A stretch of 63,953 bases of DNA, counting the filler, from Porpidia crustulata (taxonomy: Eukaryota): the NCBI GenBank assembly GCA_964255105.1. It is 3 parts of 3 records of this genome, joined end to end, with 100 filler letters (N's around TTAATTAATTAA, not from the genome) between each part and the next. Parts side by side here need not be neighbours in the genome. Positions count along the whole stretch, not along the records: positions 43,871 to 63,953 come from CAXUWE010000127.1; 2 more parts are not named here. One strand, written 5' to 3'. Within the stretch, counting starts at the first letter, position 1. Each line of letters starts with the position of its first letter. The notes under the pieces were generated by a model. The model was not told where the DNA came from. It was given only the letters and a program-made list of their open reading frames with translations, and did not search any database. This document shows, piece by piece, positions 52,825 to 63,953 of this stretch. The position numbers and the translations under genes were made by a program.

Positions 52825-53669
52825 GGCATTGTAGAAGAGGAGTAGGAATGTTATGACATTCTAAAGGATTATCTGTGCTCATTGTCTTGACGGCTCGAGA
52901 GCCACAATATTATATGGGCAGGCATAAATTGCTTACCTTGCCAGACCACCCTAATACGGGCAGTTTTGTTTGTGACAAACGTGGCTCCTGTACCAGTCCA
53001 AATGAGGGCCATCGGGAGCCTGGGGTTTCACAGACGAAAAGATCGGCAGTATTTTAATTCGTGACATAATTGATTGGTTGGATTTCTTATCGTGATACCA
53101 TTATTGTGTAAGACGGGGTGATGAGAGAGCGTCTTCATGCATTTGCCTCGACGCCTGATCCTCCACTGAACTGATAGAGGCTCTTTTACCTTCCGCTCGA
53201 ATCCGTTTATATTTTGATCACGTGGCCCTATAGTAGGCGAACAGCATAATATGGAGCACATTAGTCGAATGGTCTACAGTCAAAGCTGAAATTGCAGATG
53301 GCAAGCCTTTCATGAGATGGATGACAGGGTTTATGTGAGGAACTTCTATCCCTGGTAACAGGCGTTTCATCCTTGTCACAATCTCATGGTCCAGCCTTAC
53401 ATGCACAATCGTCTAGGAGGAGGGAGCTTAATAATCATTGCACGTTGCGATGCGCCTAAAGACGACAAGGCTACCCTATGCTCTTTGGAAAGGTATGCAA
53501 AAGAGCCCGATGATCACATCAGTGCGAGCTCTGGGGTCAGAACTGGCCAGCTCGGCACGTTATCTTCTCTGTCAATTGGTTTGGTTCAGACCTCTGTGAC
53601 ACAACGCTATGTACATCAAGCCCTGATCGCTGATACTCATCCGCTAGTTCATAGAATTACCAGAGCCTA

Positions 53670-54139
53670 TCACTGTTGTGCCCGGGTGGGCATTTTTGCA
53701 ATGTCTAGTCCTTCGTACCAGAGCCCTTCCTTATCGTCCGGATGTCTTTTCAGCTTGTATTCTGGTTTCATTTCGGGCAGCTTGAGTCGGACGCAACATA
53801 TGTAGTACCTGATCTGGACGCGTGAACCGTTCGCATCACGTTCGTATCTCACGTAGACTTCGTCGCCTCTTCCGAAAGCTGTATTCGTCTGCAGACACGA
53901 CTCTTAGCATGTGTGGGAATGTGTAAGCCATCTCTGACCATCTGAGACTACTTGCCGTTGAAGTTGTCCTTCTAGGAACGCTAGTTGCAGACCTGATGCT
54001 CCTTCGATCCAAAGGCGTGTCTGTGATAATCTGTCTCTATCAGTCAGTAGTCGAAAGCATTTGAGCCGCCAAGAAACGATAGGGCTTCTCAATCCACCTT
54101 TGATCTAGAGCAATTGGAAAAAACCGTGTCGCGTGCCAT
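53670..54139 (-). CDS. Putative ~111-aa protein, three exons (introns 54031-54097 GT-AG, 53889-53955 GC-AG); may extend 5'
   Basis: Splices to MARDTVFSNCSRSK-IITDTPLDRRSIRSATSVPRRTTST-TNTAFGRGDEVYVRYERDANGSRVQIRYYICCVRLKLPEMKPEYKLKRHPDDKEGLWYEGLD...*. Confidence 0.4.
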
Positions 54140-54926
54140 CGACCCAACGCCAGTGATCTCGTCAAAGTGGAGCAGTTTCGAGAAGACCGAAAGTGCCAAA
54201 GGCTTCAGCAACCTTAGTTCCGGGGTCCTTACCTGTAGTTATATAGAATTTGAGCTGAGAGTGCTAGATAACGTTGCAGCCTACGTTCATGCATACCTAC
54301 ACCTTGTCTCCTATGAAGAATCATCCGTCTTTGAGCCGCGTTTCCCCGTGCCGCCTAAGTCGTACACAGAACCATGCGGCGACGCCTTGGAAATTTCACC
54401 ACGTCACGTACTACACCCTCTTGGAAATGCTGCTGGAAGTTTTAACCATCGATAGGCGATTGGAGAAATACACCATTCGGCGCTGTACATCGTAGCCTTG
54501 TACGACGTCCCAGTATCTTGCTGCTCTTCAGTGGTCCCCTAGATCCAGGATGTATTCGAAGTGCTGCCCAACACGGGTCTGGTCAGCACTCTCAAAAGGT
54601 AATGGTGAAGCGTGTTCGCGCATTACTCACGACGCGGCTCGAACGTCACTTGTTGATATGCTGGAACTTGGCTGATCTGTCCATGAAAGTACGATTGGTA
54701 TAATGAGAGATAAGCTTGATGATTAGTTGACCAGTGAAAAGTAGCCCCTCCATGCGAAGCCTGGCGAAACGAACTCCGTATGCCCATGATGAGCCAGAGC
54801 CTCCTAAGAAACCATCAACGCAATAAAAGTTCAAAGTGACCAGACTCCCGCACGCTTGCAGCAGGGTATCGCCGTCTATAGCTAACGCACATCTAGCAGA
54901 CATACTCCGAATTCCCATTAAATGTG

Positions 54927-57900
54927 TCATTCATCATCAATCTCGATTACCTCTTGGTCCATATGAATAGAGCCCTTCCCCACACGAGCAGCTGGAAGCT
55001 CCTTAGTCTGGGCCAACCGTCTACCCGACCCATACCCAGACTCGCCGGTCTCTTCAACTTCCTTGATATGCCAATCGCCTCCGTCCTGCAGGATGATCGC
55101 CCTTGCGTCCAGCCGGTTTATTTTTGATAATTTCAATCTTACTTCCCGCAAGAAACCATCGATCACCAAGTTGTGTGGCCGGGCATCGCCACCACAAAGC
55201 GGACACTTGAATTGGTCTGGTTCGCAGGGCTCGCTTGGCGTTTTGCTCGCACGGGTCTGAAGGAAAACGTCCAAGTCGAAGCATTGATTGTGGCGACAAC
55301 TCTTCCCACGAACGGGGATCTCATAAATACTCGATGTATATGGATCGGTAATATCCAGAATAATCGAAGGGTCGATTACTTGGATATCTGGATCAAGCTT
55401 ATTGGCATGTTCTATGATACGTCTCTGGGCCTCCGAACTTCCAAGTGTAGCAACGTCTTCCTTGATTTTTGTGTCACTTATTACCTGAAGTGTCTCTAGT
55501 CCGATAGTATAAGTGATATTGTTGTCTTGCGGAAGCCACATCGTAGCTATTGATAGGGTGTTCTGGCCTTCCTGTATATACTGAGTAACATCAACTGGTA
55601 AATCCTTGCCATGATGAAATTTCCTTCTGATCTCGAGAGCAGTCCCATTCAAGATTATGGCTACATTTCTTGGCCATGTGTTATCTGCGACGGCCCACTC
55701 AGTCTCCGAAATATTATCGCTGATGCTAGAGGCTTGAACACATCGAATACGGCAAAGCCTGGAGCCAATCCGCACATTTTTTTCACTCGGAGATCCATTT
55801 GACTCCTTCAAAGTTTTGGCGAGCAATTGTACGCTCTCTTTGCTCACAGTGAAAACCCATCTCACATGTCGCTTCTGCATATGTAGTCGATTAGGCATTA
55901 TTGCGAGGCCCCAAATATACTGAAAGTATTTCATGGTTTTGTCGAGCTCTCCTTTGGAGGTGACCGCTCTTAAGACAGGGCTTCTGACGTGTGCTTGATG
56001 GAGTGCCGATTCGATTGGATCTGTATTGGGAATGGCGTCTTGAACGTGACCTACCGGAGGTAGGAGTTGTGGCGGCGATATATAAGGTGACTGCCTTTGT
56101 AGCCTTTGAGTCTGAGCGCGTAGATCGAGCGGTCTATTTGCTTGACTAAGTCTCGGGTGATGCGAGTGTAATGATCCACGCATACCAGGCTGCTGCTGCG
56201 TGCCGTTCTGTCGAAGATGCACATTGTTTACTTGAGTATCTCGGGATAACGTGGTATGGGAAGACTCAGGTCGGTTAGTCCACACTGGAGGGCGCACCAC
56301 GTATGAATCAATATTCAATTCTGGCACCGTAACCGCAGCCGTTGTTGTGGGGACACTAGAATTCGATGATGTTCTTTGCGGAAGCTGAATTTGCGGTCGC
56401 CCATGAACTGCTGGAGGTGCTGGTGTAGTGCTGGGATACCCCAAAGGATTGGGAATAGTCCCTATGGATTCTTTGCTAGATGGCACAATCACTCCAGGAC
56501 TGGGCAAAATGGATGATGACGAATGTCGCTCAGCTGACTGTTGGCTCCAAGGCACCGGACTCATATGCATTCCCGAGAAAGGTGGCGAAGATAGTATCGG
56601 TGGGGTGGCGTGTGCGCTTTGATGACCTCGTCCATTAGCATGAAAATTGGTATCGATTTCGTACGGCCTGCGAGGTTGATTGAATACTTGTGCATTGTTG
56701 ACGGACGTGACTGCTGCGGTCCTTATCTGGGTTTGCTGTGACAACCTTCTTTGAGAATTATGGTGCGGCGCCTTGTAATGAGAAGCCCGCCCCTCAGAGG
56801 CTCGACGATTCTGTTGATATTGATTGTAATGTACCTGATGCTGGCTCCAAAGCCTGAGATAAGAGATGATGAGATTTTGATTGTAAGTCTTTTTATTCTC
56901 CGCCATGTGAGCTGGAGATATGGCAGTCTGAGTATCCCTTTGATAGACATCTTGCTGGTTGATAAGGAACAACTGCTCACTGTTATGGAAACACTGATCT
57001 TGAGGTAGCAGCCAAATATTACGGAGAATTGCTCTAGAAATAACACGCTGTAAGACAACAGACCTTAGATCGAGTCCATTCAATTCATCTACAAGTGGCG
57101 CATAGTGTCGTTCGTGACAAGTTGCTCTCAATCGCGGCAAGAATTCGGCAAGTTTTTCCAAACATCTAAGTATTCGTCCGTACGATAATTGGTACGCACC
57201 GTAGCGTTCAAGCAATTCTCGGTTGGGTAAAGGAAAGTTGGAGAACCACTCCACAGCATCATCGACTAAGTCTGTATTGGCACGAATGAGTTGGTCTAGC
57301 ATTGAGAGACCTTGAACATGCCTTTCATCGAATCCATGCTCCGAAATCGGCCGGATAGAAAGTGGATCTCTAGATCTCATACAATGCAATTGATGAAGGA
57401 GTAAGTAATCATGGTCCGCGCAATCACAAGCGTCTCGAAGCAGTAATAACCGCCCATCCTCAATTGGACCTCGCTGAGCTTGTGCGGCTTGTACAAATTC
57501 GAGACGTGAAGCAATACGACGTTTGAGTTGTTGCATGTCATTTTCTGAAGGAGAGAAACTGAATGCATTTGGTACTACGTTCGTTTCTTTTGCGGTCGAA
57601 GTCTCGGAATATGGCAGAGTCCAATCTGCAGAGAATATACCAGGTAGCTTTTGAGACCGCTTGTTCGAAGCTTCATCGTCTCCAACAGTCCTCTTTGTCG
57701 ATTTGTTCAGAGCAATCGAGGCTGCACTAGTCGATCTGTCGATTGTGGGCACGCCTTGTCGACGAGGAGATAGGACATCTCTACTGGGAGATTGTCTTGG
57801 AATATCATTCCTACTGCTAGGGATCGTGGCTGACTCGCGTGCTGACATTGCACTTGGATTGCCGAGTTGATTCTCTTGCCCATCTGCCGCACGTGGCTCT

Positions 57901-58442
57901 GCCGTAAGATTTTGTTCTTCTTGTATCAGCTGCGTTCTGGCCGGCTGTTCCCCACGAATTTCATCTTGCTCTTCTTCGCCTTCAAGATCTATGATGTGAA
58001 TGCTGGCCTGCGCAATTTCGTCACTTGGGGCGGGAGAAGGAAGAACGGCATCAGGCTGTGTACTTGGCGATTTTGACCACTGTGGATTTCCTAGGGTCGC
58101 TGGCGATGGTAAAAGTACATTTGGGGAAGGCTTCAAGCTTGATGCTGTAGCTAAGGGCGTGACTGGTGGAGGCGGACATGACTGTGCTGCTGAATTGGCC
58201 AGAGGCAGAGTACCTGTTCGTTTATTCTCGTGCCCCGACAAAGGCACCATTTGATAGGAATTCTGCGCTGTTTGTTGTAATCGACTTTCAGCTGGAACTT
58301 GTTGTCCCATCATCCATCCCTTCTTCTTGCCTCCGAGGAACATTGAGCTGGTCGAGTTGGACGCGTCAAAAGTTTTGTCTGCAGTATGTTGTGAGCCAGT
58401 ACCACCTTTGTCTCGAGGACGCTTCGGCGGAGACGGCATCAT
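54927..58442 (-). CDS. MIZ/SP-RING zinc-finger protein (putative SUMO E3 ligase-like)
   Basis: 1171-aa ORF; C-terminal IRRKFHHGKDLPVDVT and DPYTSSIYEIPVRGKSCRHNQCFDL...CPLCGGDARP; terminal SIM-like EVIEIDDE. Confidence 0.88.
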   Translation of the reverse strand: MMPSPPKRPRDKGGTGSQHTADKTFDASNSTSSMFLGGKKKGWMMGQQVPAESRLQQTAQNSYQMVPLSGHENKRTGTLPLANSAAQSCPPPPVTPLATASSLKPSPNVLLPSPATLGNPQWSKSPSTQPDAVLPSPAPSDEIAQASIHIIDLEGEEEQDEIRGEQPARTQLIQEEQNLTAEPRAADGQENQLGNPSAMSARESATIPSSRNDIPRQSPSRDVLSPRRQGVPTIDRSTSAASIALNKSTKRTVGDDEASNKRSQKLPGIFSADWTLPYSETSTAKETNVVPNAFSFSPSENDMQQLKRRIASRLEFVQAAQAQRGPIEDGRLLLLRDACDCADHDYLLLHQLHCMRSRDPLSIRPISEHGFDERHVQGLSMLDQLIRANTDLVDDAVEWFSNFPLPNRELLERYGAYQLSYGRILRCLEKLAEFLPRLRATCHERHYAPLVDELNGLDLRSVVLQRVISRAILRNIWLLPQDQCFHNSEQLFLINQQDVYQRDTQTAISPAHMAENKKTYNQNLIISYLRLWSQHQVHYNQYQQNRRASEGRASHYKAPHHNSQRRLSQQTQIRTAAVTSVNNAQVFNQPRRPYEIDTNFHANGRGHQSAHATPPILSSPPFSGMHMSPVPWSQQSAERHSSSSILPSPGVIVPSSKESIGTIPNPLGYPSTTPAPPAVHGRPQIQLPQRTSSNSSVPTTTAAVTVPELNIDSYVVRPPVWTNRPESSHTTLSRDTQVNNVHLRQNGTQQQPGMRGSLHSHHPRLSQANRPLDLRAQTQRLQRQSPYISPPQLLPPVGHVQDAIPNTDPIESALHQAHVRSPVLRAVTSKGELDKTMKYFQYIWGLAIMPNRLHMQKRHVRWVFTVSKESVQLLAKTLKESNGSPSEKNVRIGSRLCRIRCVQASSISDNISETEWAVADNTWPRNVAIILNGTALEIRRKFHHGKDLPVDVTQYIQEGQNTLSIATMWLPQDNNITYTIGLETLQVISDTKIKEDVATLGSSEAQRRIIEHANKLDPDIQVIDPSIILDITDPYTSSIYEIPVRGKSCRHNQCFDLDVFLQTRASKTPSEPCEPDQFKCPLCGGDARPHNLVIDGFLREVRLKLSKINRLDARAIILQDGGDWHIKEVEETGESGYGSGRRLAQTKELPAARVGKGSIHMDQEVIEIDDE

Positions 58443-59365
58443 GCTTCATGAGCTCTAGCATTCCTGCGACAAGTATCTAAGCAGCTACTGGTGATTCTGT
58501 GAATTTTCTGACTTGTCAATCAGCCATTACTTGGAATTTCATAGACATATTGGCTTGTCCAGCGAGGTAATGTGGAGTCGCACGACTTTCCTCGCGAAGG
58601 ATTGGGCTCGAATTTTTCCGTTATATAACAAAAATGGCTGATTTCGTTTTGGGTAGAGATTGGTGATAAAGCCTTGCCAGGCAAGTTACCGCGGGTAAAT
58701 AGTACTTTATTTCGTGATGTACTGCCCAATATAGTCTAGAGGGGACTTTAAGATCTTCGCCCCAAGAGAATTAGCGTGCGGCCACTCCCCTCAACAAGGT
58801 ACCCTAGTCAGTTCACTAAGGAAGACTTAGGTAATCCTTTCCACCAATACAAATCGAGGAGGAGAAACGCTAGGTACTTGGGTGCTAGGTATGGAGATTA
58901 CGGCAGAAGTGGTAGTAGGCACCTATCATCCTAGATCTTAATAGAGTTGTTTATGGGGGCCCGTATCTTTCTCCTCCATCATACCAACGGCTGTCAGTCG
59001 TGCTTCTTACTTTGTGGAGGTGCCGGCAAGCTTAAAAGAGCCTTCATCATAACACATTATGATTAGATTCTTATTTTGCTTTGCACGACTTGCTGCAACT
59101 CGTACTCACCATGGCGATTTACTGAATCGAAGATCGGCTTCCTAGTTGTCATCAGAAACGCCGCGAAAGATAGCAACATCCTTAGGCGATTGTTTTATTC
59201 AACTGAGCCGTCTGGAGAGCCCATCTGCTGGAGTAGATCGATTGCCCTGTGGCCAATTAACACATCGAGTCAGCTGCGTCCGACTCCATTTGACGAATTG
59301 CCTTCAATGAAGCAGATTCAATTGATGACTCGCGAATTTTTGGGGAACAATCGGTATCCGAAGCT

Positions 59366-62300
59366 ATGGCTTTCAGAAACTTAGGAGGAGCGCAGCAGAA
59401 AGCTCTTCCGGGACAGGTGCTGCTCGTTGTCCGTAAGTGGCCCATCGCGATAGCTCTACTATGCGTAACCCTATTAAATCGAAAACTCCTTTAATCAGAC
59501 TCGATGGGCAGAATTATAGAGATTATTCGCTAATACAGAGCTCCCCACAGATGACTTCGAGGCCCGAAGTCCCGACGAGTTGAGTCTACATAAGGGAGAT
59601 AGGATAGAACTTATAGAACGGGATGACGATTTTGGAGACGGTTGGTACCTTGGAAAGCATGCGACGAATAATAGAACGGGGCTGTTTCCAGAAGGTGGTT
59701 CCGCAACAGTCATAGACAAAGGGACAATTTCTGACACATTGTCCTTCAAGTCTACACAACGATTACACCACGACCCACAAATTTCCTCGCTGCTACATAC
59801 TCCCAAGGCCCAAATTTGCAATCCGGCATCGATTCAAATTTGTTCGCAAATAATTCGATGCCCCGCGACAAATCGACCGCTACTATCCCAGAAGCTACGA
59901 GCGAAGTTGCCTCGCAAGCATCCCATAGCACTGATGGAGCTGAGCTAATTAGCTCTGATGATGCAACCCCTCCTCCTCTTAATACAACACCACCTTCCCA
60001 AAAGTTTACTGCCTCAAATGCTCATACTTCGCTACCATCTCAAATAATCACGGGACCTACAATTGCGCAACGAAGTATAAGCCTAAATATGGGTAATTTA
60101 AGAACACAAGGCGAAGATAGCCCGGTCATGAACGAGACCCTCAGCGTGATTGATGAACACATAATAGATTTGAATACTCCCGGCTCAAGTCTTCGAGCAA
60201 GTGAACGCAGAGGAACAAATGATTCCGGCAGCGAATATAGCAGTCATATTGACCATCGTTTGTCATATATTGCTGGCCATGAGACAGATGAAGAAGAAAG
60301 CAGTCTTCGTAGAAGGAAAGATGTTAGGAAATGGACTCCAGGTCAAGTAGCCCAAGCCCTCAGAGATATGGGCGTTGAAAGCCAGCATTGTGAAGTCTTC
60401 AAAGAGCAGGAGATCACAGGCGAGGTCTTGCTTGCTATGGATCAAACATCAGTTATGCTCAAGGAATTTGATCTCGGCGTTGTCGGTCGTAGGTTGCGGA
60501 CGTGGCAGATGATCAAGAAGCTACATGATGAGGTTCATAGGCAAGAGAAGCGCGACCAGAAACGACTTAGTGTGTCTCGTGGTGATGCCTCGTCTGACGA
60601 GTTTGAACTTGGTGAAAATCAAAGCAGTGCCCACGGGTCGACCTTGCCAACGATAGCGCAAGTAAATAATCGACCCGGGTCCAGGATAGCGCACTCGAGA
60701 CAAAGTTCACAGCAGGAATTTCAACAAGCGCGACAGGAATTTGTAACTTCAAAGTCCTCTAATTCACTCCAGCCATTAAAGACTGAGCGCAGCGATATAA
60801 AGCCAACGCCAGTTTCGTTTACCCTCACATCCCGACCAGGTAGCCCAACGAGACCTTCTGCTGCTTCCATCAGGGAATTCAATCACTCAAGACGCCATTC
60901 CTCTGTCGACTTCGCTGTAAACTCCAAAGCAGATAATTTGATGGGTCGGATCTCACCTACGTCGCCTAACCGAACGATCACCTCACCTCACCACAAGACG
61001 CCCTCGCTCGATCATGGGTGGACAATGGGCAACCCTATATCCGTGAACAATACACGACCACTTTCGGCTATTAGCACCCGGCAAACTCTAGATACAGATC
61101 ACAACACCTTCAATCCAGACGAACTAAGTTCAAGCCACTCCGCTAACCCCCTTCGTGATTTCGATCGTGGATACGCCTCCGGTGGCGAAATGGATATAAA
61201 GAAGGCGCGCAATGTGCTGCGAAAGCGAGATGTTGTCAGTGCCAGCCATTCTAGACAAAGTAGCAATGTCGAGGAGAACAGGCGGGCAAGTATGTCCGTT
61301 TCAAAGCGCCATTCCCGGTTTGGTAGTGTTGATTCAATACGCGATACGGTAGCAGCTATGGCCTCTCCGGCTGCTAAACTGTACCATGGGAATAGCTTGA
61401 AGGGAAAATTTCGTAACTCCAGTGCCAACGATACCAATGTGGCGACGACGGTTCCTTCAAATGAGCTCACCTCTCCAACGGTTACCAAACTTGACTACGA
61501 CGAGAAATCGGGGACGAATATTGTCGCTTCCTCGCCAAAGCCCAACGGGAACTCATCATCTACCCTGCCGCGTCGATCATCAGTCGCAAGTCCTGGATCA
61601 GCTTCGAAGCCTCGAATGGGCCTCCGGGCAATATCTGATGCTGTTACTGGAAGTGAGAGAGCTTTAATCATATCTCCAACATCCCCGCCATCCCCAATCA
61701 AAGAATCTGCTATCCACTCGCCTACTCGGACAGGATCGACGACAACTTCTGGAGCTTCTTTAAGCCTTGACATTGAGAGTACTGATGCATCTTCGAAGGG
61801 GACTAACGGCACACCTACGGGATTGACGCCCACGAGCGTGACCCGTCGAAAGACTAAAAAAGACACGAGCGCCTATATTCGTGGTCTCGAACCCAAGACA
61901 CCCCAAGAGCAGATGGTGGGTTGTGATTACAACGGATGGATGAAAAAGAAATCATCAAATCTCATGACAACGTGGAAGCCTCGCTTATTTGTTCTTCGCG
62001 GCCGTCGTCTCTCGTATTACTATTCGGAAGACGATTCTCAGGAGCGAGGACTGATCGACATATCATCACATCGTGTTCTTCCAGCTGATAACGACCTAAT
62101 CACGGGTATTCACGCAACTGTCACTGGCGCCAAATCAAGCCCAGTCTCGCCTTCAAACGCTAGCGCACCTACAATTGCGGCAACAGAAGCTGCAGCGCAA
62201 CCCGAGTCAACCTTAGCCAAGCACGGACAGAAGTCTAATACTGACACCATGTTCATCTTCAAACTTGTCCCTCCACGTGCTGGTCTTTCACGTGCCGTGA

Positions 62301-62695
62301 ACTTCACTAAACCTACGGTGCATTACTTTGCCGTGGACAACATCACACAAGGTCGTCTCTGGATGGCGGCCCTTATGAGAGCAACTATTGACCGAGATGA
62401 GACTAAGCCCATCACCACCACCTACCAGCAGAAGACTATAAGCCTGGTGAAAGCGAGGGCAATGAGGCATCGCCCTCCGGCCCTAATGGGGTTAGATGAG
62501 AAGGCGGAGGGTCTTGAGGGTGGACCCAAGAGCGACGAAACAGGCCTTATGATTCAGGGACTTGAGTCCGAGAAGACCGGAGGGACCCTGGATCGCACGA
62601 GGACGGGGAGCTTGAATGCCCTACCGCGTTCGGCATCAACGCCAGCGGTGGAGGACGAGAGGTCGAAAATTGGGGAAGACGCAGGAAAGGGATGA
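59366..62695 (+). CDS. BOI2: Polarized-growth protein Boi1/Boi2/Pob1-like (SH3-SAM-PH); introns 59433-59550, 59695-59750
   Basis: SH3 VHDFEARSPDELSL...GDGWYLG...GLFPEVY, SAM WTPGQVAQAL...EQEITGEVLL...GRRL, PH GWMKKK...WKPRLFVLRGRRLSYYYSE...WMAALMRA. Confidence 0.9.
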
Positions 62696-63695
62696 GGTAC
62701 ATTCTGGATACGAATAAAGCTAATGATATAATAATTTTGGGGAGGTATTTTGATTTGGACAACGGGTTGGAGCAAGCCAGGATGAATACGAGCACTGGTC
62801 ACGTACCTTCAGCCATCATATAGTAGGGGGATACCAGGATATTTGTAATGTACAGAGCTTGTCGTTAATGTATAAAGCGTGATGATCTCCAAGTGGATCG
62901 CCACATAGCTTAATGCGTATGGCCATGAGGCCATGCATATCATCATCCTGTCTATGCTGAAGCCTTACAGCTTCTGCCTCAGATGTAAGCAACTCGGGCA
63001 AGCCCGATGCACTTTTCCTCCAGCCGTCCACGGCCTGTGGCACAGCATCGCAACCACCGATCCCGTGACTATTTTCTCCTGCACGACATTAGAGCATCAA
63101 CGGATGTTGCCGGAGCTTAAGCAAAAGCAAGTTTTCCGTGGAGCGCTGGTGGCGAAGCAGAACTTCTTCCATCGTGAAGACCGCTTGCACAATAACCTGC
63201 GCCATTTTGGTCTCGTCATCGCAGTTGCGCTGGCAGATCGCAGGTGGGACAGGAAATTTTGCTATGACACACTTATCTTCGGATGTCTGGGCGATAGCCC
63301 AACGGCGTGTTGCACCGCGTTCACTTTACCCGTCCATGGCGCTCACTTTCAGGCATGAAGCCGTTCTACATCAAGTATCTAGCGGTGCGGTCGAGCGGAA
63401 ACGTCTCTCGTAAGCTTTGCTGTCTCCCACGCGGTAGCGATGATTTTGGCGTATGCATCTGCAAGTATCCTTGATCGATTGGCAGCTTTTCATTGGTCTA
63501 TGAAAAGCACTGGTGGGCGAGGGAGATCTTGGGGCCGAAAATGAGCACGAAGGAGCTCCTGACCCTGCATTGTCGTCGAATTATTGTCTCCCGTCCCTTC
63601 GGACAGCTCATGATGCAAGGGGGCTTCAGGTAATTATCTGTTCCTCGATAATGGAATTCCAACTGGCGACTTGCATGTGTGGCGGTTATTCCTAC

Positions 63696-63713
63696 CTCTC
63701 TCTCTCTCTCTCT
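63696..63713. repeat. (CT)n microsatellite
   Basis: About 9 CT units. Confidence 0.8.
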
Positions 63714-63953
63714 CCCTTCTCGTCACCTTATGAACAAATAGCAGTCGCGTCTTTGAGCCAATCAAAGTAAACACTTGTACAAACCTACACATACATATAC
63801 TTATTTTTTGGCTAAATAAATTGATTATTTTTTATTTTTTATTTTGATCAATTTGACTATTTTTACTTTTATATTATCTTTATAATGTTATTACTATCAA
63901 TGTTGGAAAGTGCGGTAGGACGAAGGCCTAACCTCCTCATTATCTAGTCGGTG

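Noticed and set aside
59440..59509. 8-bp stem GCCCATCG/CGATGGGC in the 118-nt first intron of the BOI-like gene
   Set aside because: Single short stem, no snoRNA boxes and no similarity to the introner-like family.

Overview
Genomic DNA of a filamentous ascomycete (Pezizomycotina), gene-dense with short GT-AG introns. The window is three sequence blocks joined by two artificial 100-nt linkers (N44-TTAATTAATTAA-N44), so adjacency across 21853-21952 and 43771-43870 is unproven. Core genes: MCM6, a RING-containing SNF2 helicase, a VCX1-like Ca2+/H+ antiporter, IML1, an S28 peptidase (cut by a gap), an RGS-LOV photoreceptor, PUF6, RAD51, NUP120 (cut by a gap), an SP-RING/MIZ zinc-finger protein and a BOI1/Pob1-like SH3-SAM-PH protein, plus several hypothetical genes. 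An accessory stretch (~44-55 kb) holds a secreted-protein pseudogene with three nonsense codons, an F-box-like gene, a DUF6594-like gene and a small spliced ORF. Highlights: (1) the F-box-like gene carries long, mutually related, self-complementary introns (introner-like), one containing a nested intron and one with an apparently dead donor; (2) a ~1.1-kb non-coding interval (25.2-26.3 kb) folds into many + strand helices closed by a long-range stem, with some telomerase-RNA-like hints; (3) a 70-aa four-exon ORF between RAD51 and NUP120 that the ORF track misses. All family assignments come from motif recognition by eye, not database searches.
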